Below are positions 8,955 through 18,387 of a stretch of DNA of 64,000 bases, piece after piece (positions within the stretch are counted from its first letter, which is position 1; every line of letters starts with the position of its first letter). The notes below the pieces were generated by a model. That model was not told the origin of the DNA. It searched no databases and worked only from the letters and a program-made list of their open reading frames with translations. The translations under genes were made by a program, and so were the position numbers. The DNA comes from Planctomycetota bacterium (lineage in GTDB: Bacteria; Planctomycetota; UBA1135; UBA2386): positions 2,656,001-2,720,000 of the forward strand of contig OZ245006.1 of assembly GCA_965223545.1 (NCBI GenBank). Direction: 5' to 3'.

Positions 8955-11651
8955 TCAGGGGGTGACGTGCGCCATCGCGTTGGTCGCCGCCAGCCCGGCC
9001 GGCGCACCGGCATCGAGAATCCACGCCTGGGCGTAGAAGGTCGCGCCGGTGGCGACGGCGACCGGCACGGGCAACCGCGCCGACGCCGCGCCCGCGGCGT
9101 CGGTGGCGAACGGGACGCCGGCATCCGGACTCGGCACCAACGTCCCGCCGAGGAACGGCAGATTGAGCTGCTGCACCCCGAGCACGAACGCCGCGGGACT
9201 CGCCGGCGCAGCACTGGTGACCGCCAGCGTTACCGTCGACCCGATCTGCACCGCGCCGTGCGCCTCGAGCACCGGCTCGCCGCCAGCCCCCGCCAAGCCG
9301 AAGCCCAGGTCGCGCCAGCTGCCTTGCCGCCACGCGTCGACGCGGAACGCGGCCACGGGAGGGCCGGCGTGGAAGCGGGCGGCGAGGAACAGGTTGCTGC
9401 CCTCACTGCCGACGAGTGCCGGGCCGATCTCGTGCTCCGCGCCCGCGGTGACGACGTAGCCATCGGGATCGAGAAGCGTCCCCGCCGCGCTGACGCGCGC
9501 GGCGTAGATGTCGGTCCGCCAGTCGAAGAACGCGGCTTGGTTGCGCTCGTCTTGCCACGCCACGACGAACTCCCGGTCGTTCCAGGTCGCGGTCGGCGCG
9601 TATTGGTTGGCGGTCGCGCCGCTCAGGCTCACCGACCGCAGCCGCACGCCGCTGGCGTCGTACAACGCCGCGCCGATATCGGTCGGTAGACTCGCATTGT
9701 CGACGTAGGCGACCAGGATCCGATCCTGCGACGCCGCGACGGTCGCCGATGCGCTGCCCCCGGCGGTCGGGCTGCCCGACACCAGCTGCGGCGGCGACGC
9801 GCTGCCGTTGTTGCGGACGATCGCCATCTGCACGGTCGACCGGGGGTTGTCGTGCGAGGCGTGCCGCTGCCAGGCCACAACCCAGTCGTTGCCCATGGCG
9901 GTGGCGTCGACGAACTGGCTGTAGTTCGTACCGATCACCAAGGGGGATGGATCGAGCACCGCGCCCGTGTCATCGACGCGCGCGGCGATCGGGAACTGGA
10001 TCTGCGACGACGAGAACTGACTCGCGGCGACGAGAAACACCCCGCCCGCGGCGGCACACGACGGCAACAACCCGTTCATCACCAGTAACGGCTGTGGGTC
10101 GAGCACGGTGCCATCGGCGGCCATCCGCGCGGCGAGAACGCGATCGTCGGTGCGGCTCGAGCCATTGCGGTCGTGCCAAGCGATCAAGAAGACACTGCCG
10201 TTCCAAGCAACGCTCGGGCTCCCGTAGGTCGCGTTGTTGGCGATCTCCACCGGCTCGGCGTCGAGGCTGCGCCCAAGCCGGTCCAGCCGGCGTGCCATGA
10301 TGCGATTGCCGGCCGCGCTCTCGCTGGTGAAGACCGCGAGAAAGCCCGCTCCACCCGCGGCGATCTCCGGTGCCGCTTGGCGCGGCGCACCGGTCGACAG
10401 CTCCATCGCGGCACCGCTGGCGAGCGCCGAAGACACCGTCATGCCGAAGATGTCCCCGGTGTGCACTGGCACCGTGGTCGGATCGTCCCATACCAAGAGG
10501 ACCGAGCCGGACGCACCACCCGCACCGACCGCCGGGTTGACCGCCGACGCGGTGGCGGGCAACGGCACGCCCTCGGGGTCGAGCACGACCCCCGCGGGTG
10601 AAATGCGGGCCACGCGAAGGCCAGCGTTGCTGCCGAACAAGTCCGCGCGACGAAACCCCGTGACCCAGGTGCTGCCATTGAACGCGACATCGACGTGCTC
10701 CAGTCGCTCGGAGCCCACTCCGGTGGCGACGCGGATCTGGGCGCCGACGACTCGAGTCGGCGAAACGCGCAGCACCGAGATCTCCTCCGGCCCGATCGAT
10801 GGGTCGTACGAGCGCGCGACGAGGAACTCGTTGCCATCGCTCGCTACCCGCGGCCGAAACCCTCGCGAGATGAAGAAGATGCCACCCACCGCGCCACCGG
10901 CGGAGTCGATCAGCAGGCCGCGCACGTCCGTCTGCGACCACACCAACAGATAGCGGCCACCGGCAAACGCCAGGTCGTAGTTGAACTGCAGCCCCGACTG
11001 GTCCGGCAGCGGCGTGCCGCCTGGATTGAGCACCTGCCCACCCGCGCCGATGACGAACGAAAGCGGCGTGTCCTCACCGCCCGACGTGCCCGCCGACACC
11101 ACCAAGAACCCGTTGCCGTCGCTGCCGAGAGCGAACTCCGCGTCGATGGAGAACGGATAGCGGTAGACCGAGATCGGCGTCGGATCGAGCACGACACCGC
11201 TCGACGAGACCCGCACCGCCATGATCTCGGCGCGGTAGAAGAACTGGTTGGGCGTGCGCTGCTGCCACACGACCAGCCAGTCGGTGCCGTTCCACGCGAC
11301 CTTCGGCTCGTCCTTTTCGCCGAACAGATCGGTGATCGGAAACGGAACCGCATCCAACGGACCGGACTCGGCGACGCGCATCGCGTACAGCCCGCGCGCC
11401 GGCTCCGCGTTGAGGAGAGACGAGAAGCGCTCCCGGTGATCGGGCCAGACGACCAGCCACGAGTCCTGCCCGCGCGCCACGGCCGGCTCGTGTTGCTCAC
11501 CGCCGGCCGGGCCGACGGCGGCATCCCCCGGCCACGCCGGCAACTCCGACACCGGGGCGGGCGCCTGGGCCGTGGCAACGATGCCAAGCCAAGCGATCGC
11601 CAGCAGCGCAATCGAGAAGGGGAGACAGAACGCAACGGACCGGGAGTTCAT
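8955..11651 (-). CDS. Large secreted repeat (beta-propeller-like) protein with shared C-terminal domain
   Basis: Signal peptide ending VATA|Q; recurrent P.VA.NG...LV.W and RV...G.VLDP.P motifs; CTD ending FYAQAWILD...ATNAMAHVTP. Confidence 0.8.
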   Translation of the reverse strand: MNSRSVAFCLPFSIALLAIAWLGIVATAQAPAPVSELPAWPGDAAVGPAGGEQHEPAVARGQDSWLVVWPDHRERFSSLLNAEPARGLYAMRVAESGPLDAVPFPITDLFGEKDEPKVAWNGTDWLVVWQQRTPNQFFYRAEIMAVRVSSSGVVLDPTPISVYRYPFSIDAEFALGSDGNGFLVVSAGTSGGEDTPLSFVIGAGGQVLNPGGTPLPDQSGLQFNYDLAFAGGRYLLVWSQTDVRGLLIDSAGGAVGGIFFISRGFRPRVASDGNEFLVARSYDPSIGPEEISVLRVSPTRVVGAQIRVATGVGSERLEHVDVAFNGSTWVTGFRRADLFGSNAGLRVARISPAGVVLDPEGVPLPATASAVNPAVGAGGASGSVLLVWDDPTTVPVHTGDIFGMTVSSALASGAAMELSTGAPRQAAPEIAAGGAGFLAVFTSESAAGNRIMARRLDRLGRSLDAEPVEIANNATYGSPSVAWNGSVFLIAWHDRNGSSRTDDRVLAARMAADGTVLDPQPLLVMNGLLPSCAAAGGVFLVAASQFSSSQIQFPIAARVDDTGAVLDPSPLVIGTNYSQFVDATAMGNDWVVAWQRHASHDNPRSTVQMAIVRNNGSASPPQLVSGSPTAGGSASATVAASQDRILVAYVDNASLPTDIGAALYDASGVRLRSVSLSGATANQYAPTATWNDREFVVAWQDERNQAAFFDWRTDIYAARVSAAGTLLDPDGYVVTAGAEHEIGPALVGSEGSNLFLAARFHAGPPVAAFRVDAWRQGSWRDLGFGLAGAGGEPVLEAHGAVQIGSTVTLAVTSAAPASPAAFVLGVQQLNLPFLGGTLVPSPDAGVPFATDAAGAASARLPVPVAVATGATFYAQAWILDAGAPAGLAATNAMAHVTP

Positions 11652-11776
11652 GGGCGGTTCCACTGGAGACAAGAGTAGGCCACGAGCGCGGAGGGCAACT
11701 GTCGTGCCGCGACCGGCGTTGCGACGGCCTGTCCGGAATCGCGACGCAGTCGAGCCGAGGGCGACCCGATGCCCTC

Positions 11777-12535
11777 TCAGAACGCCGCGAGCAGGTCCAA
11801 GGCGCGGCCCAGGCCCGGACCCGAGCGGGCTCCGTGCCAGCAGAAGTCCTTGCCGCTGACCAGCGATACCGGACACCCGGCGCCGAACAGTTGGTCGCGC
11901 ACCGCGGCGTCGCGGTGCTCGACGCCGAACTCGTAGGGCTCGTCGGGCAGCAGCACCAACTCCGCACCGAGCTGACGCAACGCGCTCGCGTCGAACGACG
12001 GGTAGCGATCGTCGTGCTCGGCGGCGACGTTGAGTGCGCCGGCGCGGGTCAACACATCGTGGATGTAGGTGTCGCGGTTGACGCTCATCCACGGCTTGGG
12101 CCAGATCACATAGAAGACGCGCACGGTGCCGCGCGTCAGCCGCTCGACTTCACCGCGCGTGATCTGTGCATCCAGCTCGAGCAGCATCGCGCGCGACTCT
12201 TCGTCGGCGTCGAGGTGCTGGCCGAGATCTCGAATCACGGTGCCAGCCTCCGGCACGGTGCGCGGCATCGCCTCGTACACCGGGAAGCGCTGGCGCAGCC
12301 AAGCGACGTCGTCCGCGCGGTTCTCCTCGCTGTTGACCAAGACGAGATCGGGATCGAACGCGGCCAGCGCTTCGAGGTCGGGGTTCTTGGTGCCACCGAT
12401 CCGTGGCACGCCGCCGAGGTCGGCAGCGGGCTCGACGCAGTAGCGGGTGCAGGCGACCAGGCGTTTGCCGGCACCGAGCGCACACACGGTCTCGGTCCAC
12501 GACGGCACCAGCGACACCACCCGCTCCGCAGTCAC
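11777..12535 (-). CDS. Helical-backbone metal receptor (BtuF/cobalamin-binding-like), no signal peptide
   Basis: RVVSLVPSWTETV, CTRYC, IGGTKNP, PDLVL.N.EEN, LPDEPY.F, WHG.R; GTG start overlaps the upstream stop. Confidence 0.85.
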   Translation of the reverse strand: MTAERVVSLVPSWTETVCALGAGKRLVACTRYCVEPAADLGGVPRIGGTKNPDLEALAAFDPDLVLVNSEENRADDVAWLRQRFPVYEAMPRTVPEAGTVIRDLGQHLDADEESRAMLLELDAQITRGEVERLTRGTVRVFYVIWPKPWMSVNRDTYIHDVLTRAGALNVAAEHDDRYPSFDASALRQLGAELVLLPDEPYEFGVEHRDAAVRDQLFGAGCPVSLVSGKDFCWHGARSGPGLGRALDLLAAF

Positions 12536-13938
12536 TCGCCCGCTCCGCTCAGCATCGTCTCCACCGACACCGGCTTGATCGGCACCTGCACGACCGGACA
12601 TGGAGGCGGTCCGTCGGTCAGCCGCAGCCGATCGACGAGCAAGTCGTGCAACAAGGGCTGGCAGATCCGCCCCTGACACGGGCCCATGCCGGCGCGGCAG
12701 CCCATCTTCACCGCCCGCAGATCGCTGCCGTAGAGCTCCGCCGCCTCGCGCACCGCGGCCAGCGACACGTCTTCACAGCGGCACACGATGGTGTCGTCGG
12801 TGGCCAGCTCGGCCAAGCCCGGCGGCAGCGCGAAGGCGGCCAGCATGGCGTCCGAGGCGCGGCGCTCGCGGACGCGCCGCGCGCCCGCCCGCCGCAGCGC
12901 GTCGTTCCGCGCGGCATCGGGCAACGCCATTTCCGCGGCGATCGCGAGCCCCGCCAGCGCGCCCTCGGCGATCGCCACATCGGCACCGCCGATGCCGGCG
13001 ATCTCACCGGCGACGTAGACCCCGGAGACGCTGGTCTTCATCTGGGGATCGTGCACCGGCAGCCACCCACCGCGCACCGCGTGATAGCGCATCTCGCACC
13101 CCAACAGCCGGGCGACTTCGATCTGCGGCAACAAGCCGTAGCCGACGCAGATCAAGTCGACGTCCACTTCGATTGCGGTCTCGCGGCGCGGCCGCCCCTG
13201 ACCATCGACCTTGCCGATGACCGCCGCCGAGACGGCCTCGTCGCCACGCGCCTCGAACAACGCCCAGCCCGGCCGGTAGTCGACACGGCGGCCGAGCATC
13301 AGCCGCGCGTAGTGCCAGGCCTCGCGGCGACGCATCGAGCTGCCGAGCACGCCACCCACAGCGCGCAGGGCGCGGCGCCGCGTGCAGACCTCGAGCGCAG
13401 CCACCACCTCGACCTCGGCGGCGAGCAGCGCCGCGACCGTCGGCAGCAAGAGTGGTCCAGTCCCCGCCACCAGCGCGCGCCGGCCGGGCTCGATCGCGAA
13501 GCCGCGGACCAAGACCTGCGCCGCCCCGGCGGTGATCACTCCGGGCAACGTCCAACCGGGAAAGGCCAGCGAACGGTCGTAGGCGCCGGTCGCCAGCACG
13601 GCGTACTCCCACTCGAGCCGCTGCCGCGCGCCGTCGACCTCGAGTTCGAACCAACCGGGACCGGCATCCCAGACCAGCGCTCCGGTCAGCACTTCGATCT
13701 CGAGCTCGCCGACTTCGGTGAGCAGCGCGTGCCCGCGCTCGTGGTTGGGCGATGCGAGCTCCACGCACGCACCGACCTCGTAGCCACGGGGCGGCTGGCG
13801 GAAGATCTGTCCGCCGGCCCGCGCGGCCTCGTCGATGACCACGACGCGACCGCCGACCTTGGCCAGCTCGGTCGCCGCCGCCATCCCCGCGGGCCCAGCG
13901 CCGAGTACGGCGACCTGAGTGCGGCGCGCTTCGGTCAT
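12532..13938 (-). CDS. FAD/NAD(P)-dependent oxidoreductase with C-terminal BFD-like [2Fe-2S] domain (HcnB/OoxA-like)
   Basis: VLGAGPAG, GGQIFRQ, LATGAYDR..FPGWTLPGV, CRCEDV, GMGPCQGRIC. Confidence 0.9.
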   Translation of the reverse strand: MTEARRTQVAVLGAGPAGMAAATELAKVGGRVVVIDEAARAGGQIFRQPPRGYEVGACVELASPNHERGHALLTEVGELEIEVLTGALVWDAGPGWFELEVDGARQRLEWEYAVLATGAYDRSLAFPGWTLPGVITAGAAQVLVRGFAIEPGRRALVAGTGPLLLPTVAALLAAEVEVVAALEVCTRRRALRAVGGVLGSSMRRREAWHYARLMLGRRVDYRPGWALFEARGDEAVSAAVIGKVDGQGRPRRETAIEVDVDLICVGYGLLPQIEVARLLGCEMRYHAVRGGWLPVHDPQMKTSVSGVYVAGEIAGIGGADVAIAEGALAGLAIAAEMALPDAARNDALRRAGARRVRERRASDAMLAAFALPPGLAELATDDTIVCRCEDVSLAAVREAAELYGSDLRAVKMGCRAGMGPCQGRICQPLLHDLLVDRLRLTDGPPPCPVVQVPIKPVSVETMLSGAGE

Positions 13939-14213
13939 GCGGGCTCCACCGTCGCGCCGTCACGCACGGCCGCCATGCAGGCGCGCACCTCGCGACCTTC
14001 GATCCGCACCAAGCACTCGTAGCAGACGCCCATGTTGCAGTACACGCCGCGCGGCGCGCCGATCACGGTCGAGCGGCGGGTGGCGCGAACGCCGGCCGCC
14101 CACAGCGCGGCGGCGATCGACTCGCCCTCGTACGCCACCACCTCGCGGCCCGCGAAGGTGAAGCGCACCGGCGCGCCAGGCCGCTTGGCTCGGCTCCACC
14201 GGCCGGTGGTCAT
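13935..14213 (-). CDS. [2Fe-2S]-binding subunit (HcnA-like, Fer2_4)
   Basis: GESIAAAL, RGVYCNMGVCYECLV, RAC; ATGA overlaps on both sides. Confidence 0.9.
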   Translation of the reverse strand: MTTGRWSRAKRPGAPVRFTFAGREVVAYEGESIAAALWAAGVRATRRSTVIGAPRGVYCNMGVCYECLVRIEGREVRACMAAVRDGATVEPA

Positions 14214-15403
14214 GCGGGCTCCCCGCTGCCGGCCGACAGCCGCGTCGGATGGAACGCGTGCATCAGCGGGTCGACCTGACCACCGATGGCGTCGGCGATC
14301 AAGGCTCCCGTGATCGGCGCGAGCGAGATCCCCAGCCCCTCGTGACCGGTGGCCAACCACAGACCCGGCACCTCACCGACCGGTCCGATCAACGGCAACT
14401 TGTCGAGGGTGTACGGCCGCAGCCCCGCCCAGGTGCGGGTGACGCGGGCACCGCGCAAGCCGGGCACGAAGCGCGCGGCGGTGCGCAACGAGTCGCGCAG
14501 CAGCGCGCGCTGGACCGCGCGGTCGGGGGCGAACTGTCGCGTCGAACCGATCAGGCAGGTGCCGTTGGATTGGGGTTGGACGTTGAGCGCGTGGGCACCG
14601 GGGTCGGCGGCGGAATCTCTCGGGTCGACGGCCGCCGTCGTCGTCGTGCGCAGGTAGCCCACCTCGAGCAGCTGGTGGCGCACCGGCGTCTCCCGCGGCA
14701 TGGTGATCGCCAGGTCGCCGCGCCGGGCGTAGACCGGCAACTCGGGCACACCGGCCGACGCGGCGATCTCGGCCGACCAGACGCCAGCGGCCAACACGAC
14801 GTGAGGCGCGGCGATGGCGCCGCGCGGCGTGATCACACCGGTGACCGCGCCGTCGTTGGATCGGAGAACACGCGTCACCGGCGCGTTCCGCCACACCACA
14901 GCGCCGGCCTCCATCGCCGCCCGCAACAGCGCGCCCGCCGCCAGCATCGGCATCAGCACACCGTCCTCCGCAAACCAGTACGCGCCCGGCAAGTCCGGGG
15001 CAACGCCCGGCTCCCGCGCGCGCAGCGCCGCGGCATCGAGGCGCTCGCCGGCACAGCCCTCCGCCGCGAACACGCGCTCGAGCTCGTCCAGGAGCTCGAG
15101 ATCGGCGGCGCACTCTGCCAACCACAGCGCACCGGTGGCGTTGAGCTCGAAGGTGCCGAGCTCGGCGCGCAGCGCGTGCCACAACCGCACGCTGGCCAGG
15201 GTCAGCGCGCGCATCGGATCGGGACTCGGCACGACCATGAGATGCCCCATGCAGCAGCCACTCGTGCCGGTGGCGATGCCGTCGCGTTCGACCAGGACCG
15301 TGGCCAAGCCGGCGCGGGTCGCGTAGTACGCGACCGCGCAGCCGACGATGCCGCCGCCGACTACGACGACGTCCGCGGTCTGTGTGCTTGTCGTGCCGCC
15401 CAT
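14210..15403 (-). CDS. FAD-dependent amino-acid oxidoreductase (DAO family, HcnC/OoxB-like)
   Basis: VVVVGGGIVG, WAGLRPYT.D.LPLIG, ATGHEGLGISLAP.TG. Confidence 0.9.
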   Translation of the reverse strand: MGGTTSTQTADVVVVGGGIVGCAVAYYATRAGLATVLVERDGIATGTSGCCMGHLMVVPSPDPMRALTLASVRLWHALRAELGTFELNATGALWLAECAADLELLDELERVFAAEGCAGERLDAAALRAREPGVAPDLPGAYWFAEDGVLMPMLAAGALLRAAMEAGAVVWRNAPVTRVLRSNDGAVTGVITPRGAIAAPHVVLAAGVWSAEIAASAGVPELPVYARRGDLAITMPRETPVRHQLLEVGYLRTTTTAAVDPRDSAADPGAHALNVQPQSNGTCLIGSTRQFAPDRAVQRALLRDSLRTAARFVPGLRGARVTRTWAGLRPYTLDKLPLIGPVGEVPGLWLATGHEGLGISLAPITGALIADAIGGQVDPLMHAFHPTRLSAGSGEPA

Positions 15404-15551
15404 GGCCGACAGCAGGAATAGCCGATGAGATTCGCGCGTGCCTCCCCGACGACGCGAAATGCATCGCCGCCCCCGATGCTCCGCGGCGGTGATCGGGGCA
15501 ATCTGCCGGCGCCCATTCCACCTAGCGCGCAGGTGCTCGATGATCCGAGTC

Positions 15552-16199
15552 ATGATCACTCTGACGACCTTCTTGCTTCCCCTGCTGCCGGCGGTCGTGG
15601 CGCTCGGCACACCGGCGGTCTTGCATCCGCATCACCCCAAGGCGATCCGCATCGGCGGAGCGGCGGGGTCGGTGAACATCACGTACTTCACGGTTCCGTA
15701 CAACGAGACGCATCTCGCCAATCTGCAGCCGGGGTTTTCCTGGCATCTCGGGTTCTCCACTTGGAAGACCGACGTGCAGCTCCAGTGTGGTGAGGTGACG
15801 ATCCCGGCGGGCGAGTACAAGCTCGACGCGGTCCACGCCGAGGACGGCTGGCACTTCGAGCTGAGCAACCTCGAGCTGGCGATGGCGAAGATGCGGGCGC
15901 GGTTCACCCGCGGCGAACGCGCCGAGGCAGCGCAGCAGCGGCTGGCCGAGCTGGTCACCGAGCTGGCGGACAGCGGCGGGACCGAGACCTACCGGCTACA
16001 CGCCGACAGCTTCAAAGCGGACGACGAGGAGCACCTCGCGATGTACGCGATCCACCGCGGCTACAACACCACGCAGCGCATGAGCGAGACCCCGGCGAGC
16101 GGCGCCGAGTTCTCGCTGCGGATCAGCTTCGGCGACCTGCACCGCGAGGTGTCGGTGACCGAGGTGTTCGTGCCTCCGGCCGACGAGGGCGGCCGCTGA
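15552..16199 (+). CDS. Secreted protein, DUF2911-like
   Basis: N-terminal signal peptide; ITY..P, W.LG, IPAGEYKL, W pattern. Confidence 0.55.
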   Translation: MITLTTFLLPLLPAVVALGTPAVLHPHHPKAIRIGGAAGSVNITYFTVPYNETHLANLQPGFSWHLGFSTWKTDVQLQCGEVTIPAGEYKLDAVHAEDGWHFELSNLELAMAKMRARFTRGERAEAAQQRLAELVTELADSGGTETYRLHADSFKADDEEHLAMYAIHRGYNTTQRMSETPASGAEFSLRISFGDLHREVSVTEVFVPPADEGGR

Positions 16200-16217
16200 G
16201 ACGGCCGGCGATCGCCC

Positions 16218-18299
16218 TCAACGAGCCGCCACCGCGCGGTCGCCGCTCTCCAGGTCGATGACCAGCAGCGCGCGGCGCACCGTGTCGACGGTGTAGAGCA
16301 CGTTGCGCACCGGGTCGATCGAGATGCCGTGCGCCGACAGGATCGGTGGCCCAGCGCCCCGCAGGCCGCCGGCCTCGACTCCACTGACCAGACGGCGGCC
16401 GCCCAGCGCGTCGACTGCCAAGACCCGCGTCTGCTCGACCACGATCAGCTCTTGGCCCGGCCAACGGTCCATGGCGACCGGTGCCGAGAACGACGGGCCA
16501 GCGCCCGTGACTTCGTTGGTCACGCCGCTCGGGTCGACGCGCACGAGTCGCACGTCGCCGGGCGCCACCAGTTCGAACGTCATCACCCGGCCGGACTCGT
16601 CGAACGCGATCGGCCCGAACCTGCGGTCCGGCAGGGAAATCGACGCGCCGGCCGGGGGCGACACGACGAGCTCGTCGCCACCACCGGCGGCGGTCTCCGC
16701 CACCGCGGCGACGACGCCGAAGGCCTCGCGCGCGATCGCCAGGGCGACGACCGGTTGCTGCATGGTGAACAGCGCCTCCTCCCTGCCGGTCGCCAGGTCG
16801 AGTCTGAGCACGTCTTGGCCGCGGCGCGCCAGCGCGCTGGCAGGAGGTCCCGCTACCGACGGCAGCGTCGCCAACGCCACCGGTGGAACGCTGGCGCGAT
16901 CGACGACCCATTCATCGTAGCCGCCAACGACTCCACCGAAGACCTGAGTGCAATACGCCGTCGTCAGCGGCATCACGTGCGGGTCACCGTCCAAGAGAGT
17001 CCACGCCAGCAACTCCTCGCCGCTCCCCAGCGGCAAGCCGGTCGCCGTCTCGACGCCGATCCCGCCGACGCCTTCGTCCCAGGAACAGCCGCCGCCGAGC
17101 ACTGGTCCGGAGTCCTGACTCGGGGTCATCGCGGTCAGATCCAGAGCGGCGACGGCGCCCGCCACGCCGGGGACGCCGATCGACGCGCGCGCGGCGGCCT
17201 GGTCCACGACCATTCCCGGCAGTGCACTGCCGTCGCCCGGATCGAGGGCGGCGACCGCGGCGCGATCTCCGCTGGAGATGGCGACCGCAATCCACTCGCC
17301 GGTACCTCGATCTGCCGCCAGCAGCAGATCCGGGGCGACCACCCCGAGCGCGCCGAGGGCACCGAAGGCCGTGCCAGTGCCGCGCCCGGCGCCGGAGAGC
17401 TCGGCCCGCGCACCACTGGTGGGATCCAGCGCCAGCACTGCGTCGGCCAGGGCGACGTAGGCGGCGCCCGCAGCATCGAACGCCAGGTCGACCGCGCCAG
17501 TGAGCGCGGGGCCAGTGCCGACCGAGGCGCTGGCGACCAGCGCGCGGGCTCCGCTGACCACGTCGACGACGTAGATCTCGCCGGCGGGGGCATTCAACAC
17601 GAGCAGGAAGTCGCCGCTCGGCGCCAGCGCCACGCGAGAGTGATGCGCGATCGTCGGGCCCGCATGCGCCGACCCGCTGAAGACCCCGCGGTCGCCGGTG
17701 TCGAGGTCGACCAACAGCAGCGCGTCACCGTCCCCGACGTAGGCGAAGCGCGGGTTCGCGCTGAGCGCAATCCCGGCGGGGGCGTTCCAAAGTGGCCCCA
17801 GCCCCAACGCCTCCCGCGAAACAACGCGGCGGTTGCCGGCCATATCGATCGCCACCACCCCGGGCGGCTCGACCGATGCCGCCAGCATCTCGCCCCCGGC
17901 GCCGGCAGCGACGGAGGCCAACACGCCGGTCCAGGTCACCGGCTCGAGCGTCAGCGGCAGCGCGACGTCGAGCCACCGGCCCGCGACTTCGACTTCGGCG
18001 TCGATCAGGCGAGGCCCGCTCCAGGAGAGGGGCAGCGAGGCACGCCAAGTGGCGTAGTCATCGTCGGTTTGCGCAACCTGCCCCTCGATGCGCAGCCCTG
18101 TGATGCGATTGCCATCGACGGTCACGGCTGCCCCGCGCACCTCGACGGCATCGCCGTCGACCAACGCAACTGGCCCGGGAAAGGACACTTGGAACAACGG
18201 TGTCTCCGGCCCGCTGTCGCTGTGACAGCCGATCACCGCGAGCGAAGACAGCAGTGCCGCGCCGGCGAGACTGCTCCGGGACCCCTGGGGCTCGACCAT
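16218..18299 (-). CDS. Lipoprotein with Ig-like N-domain and beta-propeller repeats
   Basis: Lipobox LAVIG|C; repeated D..SG.R..VS....G.GP motifs. Confidence 0.7.
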   Translation of the reverse strand: MVEPQGSRSSLAGAALLSSLAVIGCHSDSGPETPLFQVSFPGPVALVDGDAVEVRGAAVTVDGNRITGLRIEGQVAQTDDDYATWRASLPLSWSGPRLIDAEVEVAGRWLDVALPLTLEPVTWTGVLASVAAGAGGEMLAASVEPPGVVAIDMAGNRRVVSREALGLGPLWNAPAGIALSANPRFAYVGDGDALLLVDLDTGDRGVFSGSAHAGPTIAHHSRVALAPSGDFLLVLNAPAGEIYVVDVVSGARALVASASVGTGPALTGAVDLAFDAAGAAYVALADAVLALDPTSGARAELSGAGRGTGTAFGALGALGVVAPDLLLAADRGTGEWIAVAISSGDRAAVAALDPGDGSALPGMVVDQAAARASIGVPGVAGAVAALDLTAMTPSQDSGPVLGGGCSWDEGVGGIGVETATGLPLGSGEELLAWTLLDGDPHVMPLTTAYCTQVFGGVVGGYDEWVVDRASVPPVALATLPSVAGPPASALARRGQDVLRLDLATGREEALFTMQQPVVALAIAREAFGVVAAVAETAAGGGDELVVSPPAGASISLPDRRFGPIAFDESGRVMTFELVAPGDVRLVRVDPSGVTNEVTGAGPSFSAPVAMDRWPGQELIVVEQTRVLAVDALGGRRLVSGVEAGGLRGAGPPILSAHGISIDPVRNVLYTVDTVRRALLVIDLESGDRAVAAR

Positions 18300-18364
18300 G
18301 ACACCCCGTAGCCACGCGATCCTGCGTGGCAACAGGTCGGCGGGCGGGCGGCGCGAAGCGAGAA

Positions 18365-18387
18365 AATCGAGCCGGACTCCGTACTTA
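18365..18387 (-). repeat. Degenerate GTAC-REP-like copy directly after the UbiB-family stop codon
   Basis: Minus strand TAAGTACGGAGTCCGGCTCGATT, similar to the copies at 24.9 kb and 40.3 kb. Confidence 0.6.
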
